From Takakia lepidozioides (Eukaryota > Plantae > Bryophyta), in NCBI GenBank assembly GCA_030704615.1, contig CM060732.1, forward strand, positions 30,752,001 to 30,816,000: DNA of 64,000 nt, given 5' to 3'. Below the pieces are notes generated by a model. That model made no database searches and had not been told where the DNA came from. It saw only the letters and a program-made list of their open reading frames with translations. A program made the position numbers and the translations under genes. This document shows positions 51,262 through 63,071 of the stretch, piece after piece (positions within the stretch are counted from its first letter, which is position 1; each line of letters begins with the position of its first letter).

Positions 51262-52737
51262 GTGACGTGTTCGAAATCCTAAAAGGGGGGGGGGGGGGCA
51301 TATTGACTCCTCTTGCGATCTGGTGGATGGTGATTTCATCTACAACTACATGGATGCATCACTTGCTGTGTTGTGGGCGTCCGGAGAGCCATGTAGAGGT
51401 GCATGGGAGAAGAGTCCGGCCTTCATGCAGACTGTCATCGCGTCCTGCAACGTTCAAGGGTCCCAGGTTGTTGATCTCTCTCTTGGAACAGGTTCGTGGT
51501 TTTGCACTGACAGTCTCGCAATGTTCTGCCTTCATTTGCTATTCTTTTTGGAAATCATGATCATGAAGAAATTGAGTGTGTTGACGCACTCAGTTCTGCG
51601 CGGGGGAGGGGGAGGGGGGGGGGGGGCGGGAGGGATATATATATCCCCCTATATACCCCCCCCCTCTTACCCGCCGGTACCCAAGGTGAAAATCCGGACC
51701 TGCACAACACCGTCGATCATGAAGAAATTGAGTGCGTTGACGCATTCACATGTCCGCGGGGAGGGTGGACGAAAAAAAAAACAATATATATATATATATA
51801 TTCCCCTCCCCCCGCGGAGGACTAAGTGCGCCGCACTCAATTGCTTCATGATCATGATTTCACGATGATCATCGACGACATCTATCCAAAACAGGGGGAG
51901 GAAAAAAAAAAAAAAAAACTTATTTTTTTTCAATTTATTTTTGAATTCTCATGTGCCTGACGCCCCCTTAATTCCCAACCCTGTTTCCCTCCATGAACAT
52001 GGCAGTTCGCTAAGGGTTAGGGTTGGGGTTTGGAGTTACGATTTGCAACGTTTCCCCGGTTTGCCGTGTTTCCGCAGTAATGACGTCATCTTAATTCCCA
52101 GCCTATTTCCCTTCACGAACATGGCAGTTCGCTAAGGATTAGGGGTTAGGGTTTGCCGTGTTTGCCGATTTGCTGTGTTTATCGTGTTTCCGCGGTAATG
52201 GGTGCTCATCCGCAGAAATACACCCTGCATCTTCCCCCATTCTCGTGCCACGTGGACTGGGCTCAAGTCAAGCTCTTGGGCTCACAGGCTCCTGGGCTCG
52301 CGTGGCTAGGCTCACACTCTAGCATCCCCCCAGCCTCCGCATAGCATGGCAACTTCAGGATGGTTGGCGGACTGGGGAAAAAGGGCAACAAAAGGGAGAT
52401 TCCTGGGTGTCTTAGGTCTCCTGCAATAACAACACAAAGTTGTTGGTCAAAAAAACACTTGGACAGCACTGTCGAGGGCAGACTCATGAACAAAATGCAA
52501 AGACAGAAGGATTCAGGACAGTACATGGCCAAGACTTACTCACAGTCAAAATCGTCGTCAATCTCCATGTCCTCGTGATCCAAGGCTACTACCAAGACCG
52601 CCTCCTTATCTGTCTGTGTGCCAGAAGACGAGCCCTCATGAAGAGGAGCTATGACCTCCTTGTAAAGCTCCGCATCGGCCTCAAAGGCGAACAAATGCCT
52701 TCCTGCTGCCTTGCAGACATGGAATGAGCCCCTGTAT
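51262..52737. pseudogene. Methyltransferase-like copy d (element M4): exon on + (~51262-51492), next exon inverted on - (52536-52737)
   Basis: RGAWEKSPAFMQTVIASC..VVDLSLGTG|GT on +; GSFHVCKAAGRHLFAFEAD..DDDFDCE on -. Confidence 0.75.
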
Positions 52738-52995
52738 GCAAAATCGATCAATGAGCAAAGAGGATGATCATCGATGACATCGATGACAGTGTTGTGCGGG
52801 TCTGGATTTTCACCCCGGGTACCCGGCGGGTTGGGGAAGGGGGGGAAGGGAATATATATATATATCTTGTTTTTTTTCCGGTTCCCACCCCCCGCGGAGA
52901 ACTGAGTTCAACACACTCAATTTCTTCATGATCATGTTTTCAGGATGATCAACGACGACAGTGTTGTGCGGGTCCGGATTTTCACCTTGGGTACC
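51555..52995. repeat. ~160-bp intronic repeat units containing TGAGTGCGT-TG-ACGCACTCA-type palindromes, in both orientations
   Basis: Units at ~51555 and ~51715 on +; inverted units at ~51810-51880 and 52765-52995. Confidence 0.7.
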
Positions 52996-54222
52996 CGGCG
53001 GGTTAAGGTTAGCGTTATTTTTTATTAGCAATTTTTCGCCATTTGGCCATCTGAAAATCCCATTGGCGAATGAAACAAAGGGAAAAAAATGTCCAAATAA
53101 GGCAGTTTTCGCCAAAAACTGGGGGTCTCAAAAAGGTCCTTGCCTGTGGACCCACGGGGGCAGCACAAATGTAGCCATGGCGGGCCCCATACAGGATGAT
53201 CTGACGAGCCAGATGAGGAGTGGGTTGAGAATTGTGGGGCCTCCTCCGTTTCCCATCCCAAGGAGATGCTTGTCGCCGGTCTTGCGAGAACTATACACCT
53301 CATTTGCACCAATTAGCCTATGGTTTTCACATAGAATAGAAAGAGTTCCATTTGTCCTATGGTTTTTAACTATTTTTGTACTTCACCTTCTATTGCTCAT
53401 CAACATCCATTTGATTCGCAAAATATGGCAAGGGTGGAAATACATGTAGCCTACCAATTCGAGGAAAATTACCTAGAGTGGGCCATTTGCACTAGCCTAC
53501 ACCCAATATATATAGCCACTCCTACTCATTTTCAAAATCCCTAAAAAAACCCTTGGTTAGGGTCTGGTTCACCTATCTGGATACGGACGCGTGCCATCAC
53601 CAAAAACTCGGACCCTGACCCGGGTTCATTTTAAAAATGAAACCGGACCCGGACCCGGACCCGCCATCTAGGTCCAGAAGCCGTTAAAGCCGCTATTCGC
53701 GGGCCAGAGTTGGTATAGCCATCTTAGTTGACTTTCTAGAAAGTTCTACTTTCTAGATAGTTCTACTATTGTCGGTGGGTTGAAAAACAACTCACTAGTG
53801 GGTGTGGCTGCTGCAGGAGTATACTTATAAGAATAGTGACTAGAGAAGGTTGGGGCTTGGTGAGAGTGGGGCCAGGTGGGATCGCGGCTTGGGGCTCGTC
53901 TTCAAGGTGGAGCGCTTGGGGCTGGTGAAGGGTGGGACCAGCTGCATGAAGTGCTTGGGGGTGGGAGTGTTTGGGGTTAACGAAGTAGGGCTGGGGGAAT
54001 TGGGTCGATCATTGTGCTTCTAAAAGGGACTCAATATTGCCGTGTTTGCCATATTTTACCGTGTTTGCCGTGTTTGGAAGTTTCGCAGTGTTCACCTCTT
54101 CTTCCAAAATATACGTTTCCACGGTAATAGATCCCCTCTAAACCTTGGGCTCACTCTTAGAAGGCAAAGCGTGAGCCAAGCTCCTGGGCTCACGCGGCTA
54201 GGCTCACGCCGTAGCTACGCTC
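51900..54222. mobile_element. Non-autonomous member (N1) of the MULE family, left part inverted
   Basis: Termini at 52330 (GGGGGATGCTAGAGTGTGAGCC) and 54222 (GAGCGTAGCTACGGCGTGAGCC); flanks CAGCCTCCGC (52331-52340) and GCGGAGGCTG (54223-54232) are reverse complements. Confidence 0.7.
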
Positions 54223-54809
54223 GCGGAGGCTGCAGCCAAAGAGTTTAGTTTGCAAGCATCTCCTCCTCCTCTACTTTGTTACCGTAGGGCAAATGTGCAC
54301 AACAGGGTAGGGTCTATATAGATAGTAGCGCTTCAGAGTCGGATGCAAACTCCAGTTGCAGTGGATAGTGGCATTTTTCAGAATGACTCACCTTGTTTCA
54401 AAAATATCTATCTGTGTCCCTGTGAGGGGGTTGTTTGCTTTTTGTCCGGTGTGTGCATCTCTTTCTGTTATTGTCTCCATAACTCATTTCATCCATATAA
54501 CTCCTTTAATCCACAGTTGCAACTCCATTCCTTCATTTTCTACGGGTCGATAATACATGCAGTCTTGGTTATCCACTCATCCATTGTTCATGCATCGCTA
54601 TGAATATGTCTATCCAACAGTCATCTTGCATTCATCCATTCTTCAATTATTCATATGCCACTCATCCAATATTCATCCTTCATTCATCCAACATTCATCC
54701 AGCGGTCGTCCAAGTACACACAATATGTATTCTAGAAAATTCTGCAACACTTGTTTGTATGAGTCCGCATCCGCGGTTGTAGGCCCATGCATCCTATTGT
54801 GTGAGAATC

Positions 54810-54870
54810 TTCCCGCTCACGGATTGACATCTTCCCGCTCACGTGAGCCGCTCACGGACTAGCACTCCCC
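54810..54870 (+). mobile_element. G-rich terminus of element M4; probable right border of the nested pile
   Basis: Inward read GGGGAGTGCTAGTCCGTGAGCG with three CGCTCAC motifs; preceded by a CATTCATC-rich tract like that at 50700-51100. Confidence 0.7.
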
Positions 54871-56184
54871 GTTACAGCTTTGCCGAAATGCGGGATCAGG
54901 AGAACAACCCAGCTTCTCTCTTCCTTCGACAGCTCGCGGGGAAAAAGAGGGGTTTTCTGCAGAAAAATTTTGAATTCCAATTTTCAGTGGGAGGATAGAC
55001 TCCCATCCTGCTGGCAGCTTCGTTAGTGAGAGAGTCTCCCCCACATTGGGATATTGAAGTCAATGGAAGAAGCAAAAGAAGCCTCAGAGAGGGGAAATCA
55101 AAAGTTCAATTATCTTTTGAAAACCTGAAAGAAAGCGAGATTCCTCTTAGTTCATTCTGGCCTTAGGATTGCACTTAGAGCTGATTGTAGTTTGGCTATA
55201 GCTGCAGGATACTCTGGTCGCTCAGAGCTGATTGTAGTTTGGATATAGCTGCAGGTTACTCTGGTTGCCTTCATGGATATGTGTTATCCTTGCCACCTTT
55301 CTTCTCTGGTCTCTCTCTACTCTACTTCTTATCTTCTTAGTGGTTTCTGGTTCGGAGTGGTACCTCAATCATCAGCCTTATGGCTATCTTTGTAAGGTTA
55401 TTTCTTCCTTACCTTCTTAATAAAGCTTTCAGGGCCACTGTACCCTGTTCTCCAAAAAAAAGAAAAAGATACCATTACCTGCCGGGTATGAAGGAGCCTG
55501 GAGGCCTCCTCACCGACAATACCAGACCCTGGCTGGTATGAAATGTTGATGATACCGGTCGAACACTGGATTGAACCCCTGATCACCGCTGTCAGGCAAA
55601 AGTGGGCAATAATGAGTGAGGGCCGCACTTTTGTTTTCCCGCGCATGTGCTTCCGAGCCTGGGCCCTGCCACGCGCCCCACGACGCTGCAACACTGCGTT
55701 GGAGAGGGCAGAGGGATGCGAGGGAAGCGAGACAGACGCAGATGCGCGCCCTGCTGCCTCCACGGACCATAGCTAGCGGACACACACATGGAGCCAGAAT
55801 GTTGCTGTAAAGCTCTTGTGTGGGGCGAATTGGGGGTGTAAACAGCTCAAATCACTTCATGTCAAACAGATCACTGTTTGGCCTGCTCGTTGTCTGACTG
55901 CCTTAGTACCATCTGTTGCCTAGAAGCTTGAGCGTAACATATTATTTAAAAAGAGAGGCATTGCAGCTTCAATGAAATATTTTAGAAAACGGGAACGGGT
56001 GGGACTATCTCAATTATTAGCACTATTCACTGTTTCTACGTAGCTCACTGCCGCTACGACTAGCAGTGCACTCAACACGCGCAGTTTTTGCAGGCACTTC
56101 TGACATGCTAGACTATTACACAGATACCCTCTCCTCATAAAGGACCTCGAAAGAGAGCCTGAAGCCAAAGAGAGGGTGAGAGGT

Positions 56185-59100
56185 ATGGCCGGGTCAGCTG
56201 CGAACCAGTTTCTTTCGCTCTTTCTGTTCGTTGCAGTTGCTTCTCAGTGGAGAATACTCCACTGTGAAGCCAGGTCCTTGCCAAAGATGTGGGCTGGAGG
56301 CCAGAAGAAATCCTTCCAGTATGTGGATCCTATGTACGTATTAAAGTCTTTTGACCTGAGTTGGATTGATTGTCCCGTAAGCCCTGTCCAAGTGGACACA
56401 TTTAACTTCATTGTTTCTTCTCCATCTCTGGAAGTTACGAAGCTGCTTACTTTCTTTTGTTCGTTGCATTTGTACCACTATGACAAGCGTGTGCTGGGGG
56501 CCTATCAGAGTAACGCTTACACTCACAGATGGGAAGTCCTTGGTTGTGAGTGAAGCGAGATCATCAACCGTTGGGGTCGAATCTGGATATAAAGGAGTGA
56601 GAAGCTGATGGATTTGACTCAATATGTAGCCTTGGGTGAGATCATCAGTCACAAGCATTTTCCATGCAGACGGTCTTAAATTTGTTTGTAAATATAACAT
56701 GGAACGTATTCATATTGCTCCCTTCGTAGCTGCTGCTCCACCAAGTTGCTTGACGAAGTTTTCAGGAGTCAATGTCTGGCGCTGCTTGCATGTGTTGGAA
56801 CCTAAAAGATCGGTCTGAGAGAGTGAGGGAAAAAATGCAGGCGTAAGATAATGTACCTGGAGTGATTCTTCAAATGAGAGATTTATCCCCGCAGCATGCC
56901 AGGATTTTCCGCTTCCATGTTTATTAAGTTGGTGAGACTATAAGTGTGTTCAGGCATGGAGTCTAATGCAGAGGAGTCTTTGTTTTGATGTGCTAGTGTT
57001 GATTGTGAGGTTGCTGTCTTCTCTCTCTCCTTTCGCAGTTAGCAGTGCACAATGTTGCACTGCCGAACAAACCAATCAATATTAACCAAGCATGGTCGGC
57101 CGTGGTCGAATGAAAATTGAATAATGAATACTGCCAATCAACAAGCCTATCGCTTCTGAAGTCAAGGAGATTTGTTACTGATAAACAAAAGACTAGCATG
57201 GAGAAACTTTAGAGTTTTCAATGCTGACTCTCTAATGTTGGCTCTTCACAAGAATAGTTGGACACGGTTTGTTGTATAATGGTCGATCCAGGTGGAAAAT
57301 CACAGAAATCAAATTCACATCTTGAACAGTGCACATGGTATGTCCTATGTGCAGCTTTGAGGCAAGGCGGAACTCCACACGGAGGGCTTTGGGAGGAGGA
57401 TGTGGAACTGGGAACCCTGTGGACGATTGCTGGATGTGTGATCCGAACTGGGCTCAAAACAGGCAGTCCCTGGCTGACTGCGCAATTGGATTCGGTAAGG
57501 ATGCTACTGGTGGAAAAAATGGCAAAATTTACACGGTCACTGATGACAGTGACGACGATGTCATCAACCCTGCCCCAGGCACATTGCGGTATGGTGTCCT
57601 TCAAGATGAGCCTCTCTGGATTGTTTTTGAGCGCAACATGAATATCCAACTCCAGCACGAACTCATTATGAATAGCTACAAAACGATCGATGGCCGGGGT
57701 GCGGAAGTCCACATTGCTGGGGGCGCAGGCTTAACTATACAATTCATTTCGAACATTATCATCCATGGAATACACATTCATGACATTGTTCAGACTGGCC
57801 CTGCAATTGTCCGAAGCAATCCCCAGCACTATGGCCACAGATTAAAGGCCGATGGAGATGCTGTCAATATCTTCGGAAGCAAAGAAATCTGGGTGGACCA
57901 CTGCTACCTCGCCAACAGCGCTGATGGCTTAGTTGATGCTATTGAAGGTTCCACAGCCCTCACCATCTCCAACTGCTACTTTACGCATCATAATGAGGTA
58001 CTAGTCACATTGATTTTTTGTATGTAGAGTTTCCATGTTCTTTTGGCAGGGAAAGACTCTAGCAAGTCTCAATCTGGACAGGCCAGAATTGCCTGTTTTT
58101 TACTATCACAATTGCCAAAGGCTGTACACCTACACTGCTATTAATGTATCCATGATGGTTTACACCTGCACTAAGAGACATGTTCTAGAGCTGTATTGTA
58201 CTTGCAAGCCATTGTCATGAAAGTACTATTCTGAAACCCTTGATTCAAGGCTTGCTGCAGGTTGGTATATCGCTTTGCAGATACTTGCATGCTAATATAC
58301 AGAATTAAGAGGTGATGCAGTCTTTCAAACTCATCACGGTAGGTCTTCATATGTAAGTTCTTTCATCCATGCTTGACAACATAGCTCTTATGGTCATGGT
58401 GGCATCCACTCCCTGAATTACCCAACCATCCAAACATCTAGCCCCATGGAGATACAGTTTAACATTGATCTGGATGTAGGTGATGCTGCTAGGAGCTCAT
58501 AAACAGGACACTTTTGACACAATCATGCAAGTCACCGTCGCCTTCAATCATTTTGGATCAGACCTCATGCAGCGTATTCCAAGGTGCTGACATCTTCTCC
58601 ACTCTGGTCTTTTCATCTTGGTGCTCAGTAGGATCTATCTAGTCATGCTACTACGTCTATTCGGTTCAAGTTCAATGAAGAGCCAGAGGCCATATTCGTG
58701 GGCAAGACCCTAACGTTTTCCTGCATCCATTATGAATGTATATGTTAGAGTCCATGAATTTTGTAATTTCATGTCCTCATACATAATGTTATGTTTCTCA
58801 TCCATTGTGTTAAGTTGCTATGGTGCCCCGCTAGCCATTTCACTCCGGATGCCAAGTGGTCAGGCTACTGCCACTTGATGGAATCTTTGGACTGCATAAT
58901 TGACTTCATGTGAGATCAGTCCTTATCAGTATGGCTGAGTAATCTAGGGTAACATACAGAAAATTGCACCTGCTCCTACCAGGATTGGCCCAGGAGTAAT
59001 CTGAGACAAGCTGGAACCCTTTTTGTTCAGGATCCAAGTGTACTGCAGTCAATAGATCTATGCAACTCCTCTTGTCAGATTTTGTCATAATCCTTTTCAA

Positions 59101-59818
59101 GGATGTATCTGAAATTTTTCCAGATGCCGGTTTGGTTATTTCCATGTGGTCAACAATAACTATCCATCAGGGTGGGGCATCTATGCAATCGGAGGCAGTG
59201 AAGCCCCCACAATCCTCAGTGAGGGCAACCGTTTCTTTGCTCCTGATGGCAACTCGAAAGAGGTCAGACTCTTTCATCAAGTACATTCACCAGGGGATGG
59301 CTGCATATTCTCTGGAGCTGTGATCTGCACAGTAGTGGATTTATCGATTCGTGAAAGTCGAATAAATGTGGAGAGTTTCATGAATGCGTTCAATCCTTGA
59401 GTAGCACATGTCACATATTCCGTTATTCAGATCTCCAAATGTATCAACAATTATCTTTGCAAAACTGCAGGTGACCAAGCGTGTGGACGATGGGGGTAGC
59501 GATATGGGAGGCTTGCAGAATTGGAACTGGATATCTACCGGTGATATGTTCCTGAACGGTGCCTTCTTCACTCCTTCTGGAGAGCTTGGTGGTGGATCTG
59601 TGTACGAGAAGGCAATCAGTTTAACAGCGCGACCAGCCTCGGATGTGGAATCATTGACTGCCAATTCTGGCCCTCTCCAGTGTGGAGCAGGGGTGACTTG
59701 CTGCCCCCTTCTCTTCCAAAAGAACACCTTGTTTGGGGGCATCGTTGGTGAATGCACAATATATGTTCGACCTCCTCCTATCTTGTCTGGCCCAGCCCCC
59801 CTCACCCAACCATCTTAA
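56185..59818 (+). CDS. Pectate lyase (PL1); exons ~56185-56318, 57355-57997, 58480-58583, 59124-59262, 59471-59818
   Basis: Signal-peptide-like start; [63 protein letters not shown]; splice phases compatible. Exon 1 is least certain. Confidence 0.93.
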
Positions 59819-61809
59819 AAAAACAAGAGGGCTTCTAGGCTCACCTGCAAATTACACTGAATCTTTTTGACTCTGCTTGTAGAATTGTTGTCGAGGGCGA
59901 AAAATAGCTGAAAATCTTAGCTTGCTTTGTCTAGTCACCATCTGCACCCATTAAGTTTGGCCTTAGTTTCTACGTAGTGCGTGGCTTTGTATATCACCAC
60001 CTACCACTACATTGTATAAGCCACATTTGACTCTGGATCTCAGAACTAGTCATACCCTCAAGTGTTTGCTTTTTTCACTTTCGTTGCTATGCTCAATGTG
60101 CCTAACGTTGTTTATACAGTGTGAATCTGACTTCAGATTCAAGTATTCTAGTGTCTCATGTTTTGAGGGTTGCATTTTGCCATGTGTGCAGTACGGAGGA
60201 TGTGGTGGATCGGAGGTGCCAGGATCGGACTCTACTGGATCAACAGCAAGTTCAGCCTTTCTCCTTCCTCAGTCTTTACCTCTTTGTCTCTCTGCTGCTG
60301 TGCTCTCCGCTGTCCTCGTGCAGTAAGTGGTGATCCCTGCGTCTGCGCACGTCCCATTCAAATCTCAATATATCGTCACTGGAAGGATTGACAATTGAGG
60401 CTCTCGCACATTTACAGAAGAAGAGCCTTGACAGGTGACTCTCTCGCAAGGGAATTAAGAAAGAAAGGCTACCAAATTCATTTAGTGCTCATTTGTCTAC
60501 CCTCCCCATTTCAATGGTCAATCAACACTCGAGTAAAAGGCTGTCTCCATCTCAGTTGTAATCAATAAGACTGCGATCACCTCAACCCCTCCACGAGCAT
60601 GAGGTGAATGTGGTGAGGACAAACAGGGGGGCTTTCCTCACTGTTCTACTCCCATAGTCGCACTTCACTCCCAGTTACTTCTCTTTTTCGTTTTTTTGGC
60701 ACAAGTGAAAGCAAGTATATTTCACTGCGAAGAAGAGTACAAAGCAACCCCCAGCCAGGAGACAAAGGGGCTTCACCCCAAGCCCAGCAGCGGGGTGGAG
60801 ATCAAACTTAATGAACAAATTGACCCAGTTACATCTCTTTCACTTGTTGTTTCGGCTAGTATGCTAGGTTACGGGGATGTTCCCCCCTCAGTAAGCCTGC
60901 ACGGCCCCCTGGTGCTTATTTTTTCCACCTCTTATGACTCTTTTTTAATATTGATCCCTTTTGTAGATCCTTACTGGATGGAATTCCATAAGAGCTTTCA
61001 CTGCTTGGAATAGAGAGTTCAGGTAGACAATGCTAAATGCTCTATTTTTTTATTTTTTTAATGAACAGGGGACAGAGGCCCTGAGAATTTATTAAATGAA
61101 AAATTGAGGACAAGCAAGGAAAAAATAACCTTGTGGGGAAGCCATTGCTCTAATAAATACTTAGAAAGCTGCTCCTGTGTCCTTGGCCCACCGTCACAAG
61201 CATAATAGCATAAATGGAGATTTGTTCTTAAAAATTAAAAGGCCCGAGGTAGGCCAAATATATCAAAGGAGGAAAAAATGACCTCCATAAACAACGCTTC
61301 AAATATTTCCCTTGTTCTTTGCGTGGGCTTATATTGGTGAATCCTAACTCGTTGGGACTTGGAGGAGGGAATTCCAAAAAGGCCTCGATGTGAAATGCAT
61401 CGCAAATCACTAGATCACCCTTGTAAAAGTGTGCAATTCAATTGAATTGCTAAAACTAGCTTGAAAATAACCCTAATTTGCTATTCAATTGAATTGTCGG
61501 CACACAATTCAATTGAATTGCGAATTGGCAATTGGCAACCCTCTCTAGCTCCCTCTATGGCTCTCCCTTGCCTAGGCCGGCTTCACAACTCCACGATTTG
61601 GGCACAAAATAGAGGGGCACCAAGAATAGAAGGACAACATGTATTTTTAACTATACTATGATATGTGTATAAATATAACTTGAATATATACATATACATT
61701 ATATATATTATATACAGAAATAAGTTAAAAATTATAGATTACAATTCAATTGAATTGTCAACTAGCACCAACAATTCAATTGAATTGCAAATTAGGGTTG
61801 TTTTCAAGC

Positions 61810-63071
61810 AAGGGATGCTAGATCGTGAGCGGTGAGCTTAGGCTCACGCGAGCGGTGTTGCCCCAAGATTTGCAAAAAGGTATTGTATGCAATTCTGCGG
61901 ATGACACCGATAACCGCAGGCAGAATGTCCCTGTAGGCATGCCAGTGACAAGGTTATATGAAGAGCAAAGTTGCCAATGATCCAACAGATTGCCTCGACA
62001 GTGGGCACAATGAAGATTGTTAATTAAGGGGAAGGTGGTATAGTGGATGGGTGATTAGGGTTTCTTTCGGGTTTCTTTAGGGTTTTTATTCCCGCAGATG
62101 CCACTGAATTTTTTTTCTTGTTTTTTCAGGTTTTTAGGGTTTCCTTAGGGGGTTCTTAGGGGGGTTTTATTTTCCCTGTAGATGCCCACTGAAAGCGGTG
62201 TGCGGTGCCGCACACCCCTTTTCAGGGTTATTTATTTATTTATTTAGGGTTGTTAGGGTTTCTTTTTTAGTGTGCGGTGCCACTGAAAGAGGTGTCATGT
62301 GCCGCACACCCCTTTTCAAGATTTTGTTTTTCTTTTTTGGGGGGTTTTTAGGGTTTTAATGGTTCTTTAGGTTTTTAAGGGTCTTTAGGGTTTTTTTAGG
62401 GTTTTTTTTAGGTGTGCAGTGCCGCACACCCCTTTTCAGGATTTCTTTTCTTTTCTTTTTTTGGGGTTTTTTAGGGTTTTGTTTTTAGTGTGCGGTGCCA
62501 CTGAAAGAGGTGTGCCGCACACCCCTTTTCAGGGGTTTCTTTAGGGTTTTTTTTTTTTTTTTTTTTTTTTTTTTCAGCAGATGCCACTGACCACTTTCAG
62601 GGTAAAGTTTTTCTTAGGGTTTTTTTAAGGGTTTGTAGGGTTTTTCCCGCCTCTCATTGTTTGATAATAGCGATTTTAATGCGGGCACGTGTGGTTGCGG
62701 GTGGGGCCCGCATGTGGGAGAGGGGGTCGTAGGTGGGGCGCCCCTACCCGGGGTCAGTTTGCTTGGGTGAGCCGCCCCGGGCGCGCGCCAGGGAAGTGAG
62801 AGGGGGAAGCGAGTGTGTCGGGCAGTTGACAGTCATACCTATTCATTGAAGCCGTGTGCTCTTCTTTCATAATGGGGTCTAATATCATCATACCGTACAT
62901 GCCTATTCCCACGGTTATAGGTCCAGTGGAAATAAGTACTCTTTTTTTACCGCCCGTCCTGTAGCATTTGCTGACATGGCCTTCGCTCGCATTGACGTGG
63001 CGTGAGGGTGGGCTCACGCCACGTCAGCCCCGTGTGAGCGTGCGCTCACCGCTCAAGCCGTTGCGTCGTTC
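61810..63071. mobile_element. Intact non-autonomous member (N2, 1262 bp) of the MULE family
   Basis: Ends AAGGGATGCTAGATCGTGAGCG and GAACGACGCAACGGCTTGAGCG; 9-bp TSD TTTTCAAGC/TTGTCAAGC; removing it restores the MITE TIR. Confidence 0.88.
62050..62645 (+). repeat. Degenerate TTTAGGG-like tract with repeated GTGCCGCACACCCCTTTTCA
   Basis: Many TTAGGG(T) motifs and four copies of the 20-mer, inside N2. Confidence 0.7.

Noticed and set aside
29490-54870. Helitron 3' hairpin ends (GC-rich GTGAGC/GCTCAC stems)
   Set aside because: No Rep/helicase; the ends carry 9-10-bp TSDs and accompany a DDE-SWIM transposase, which fits Mutator.
55178-55270. ~45-bp tandem duplication upstream of the pectate lyase
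   Set aside because: Ordinary local duplication with no further structure.
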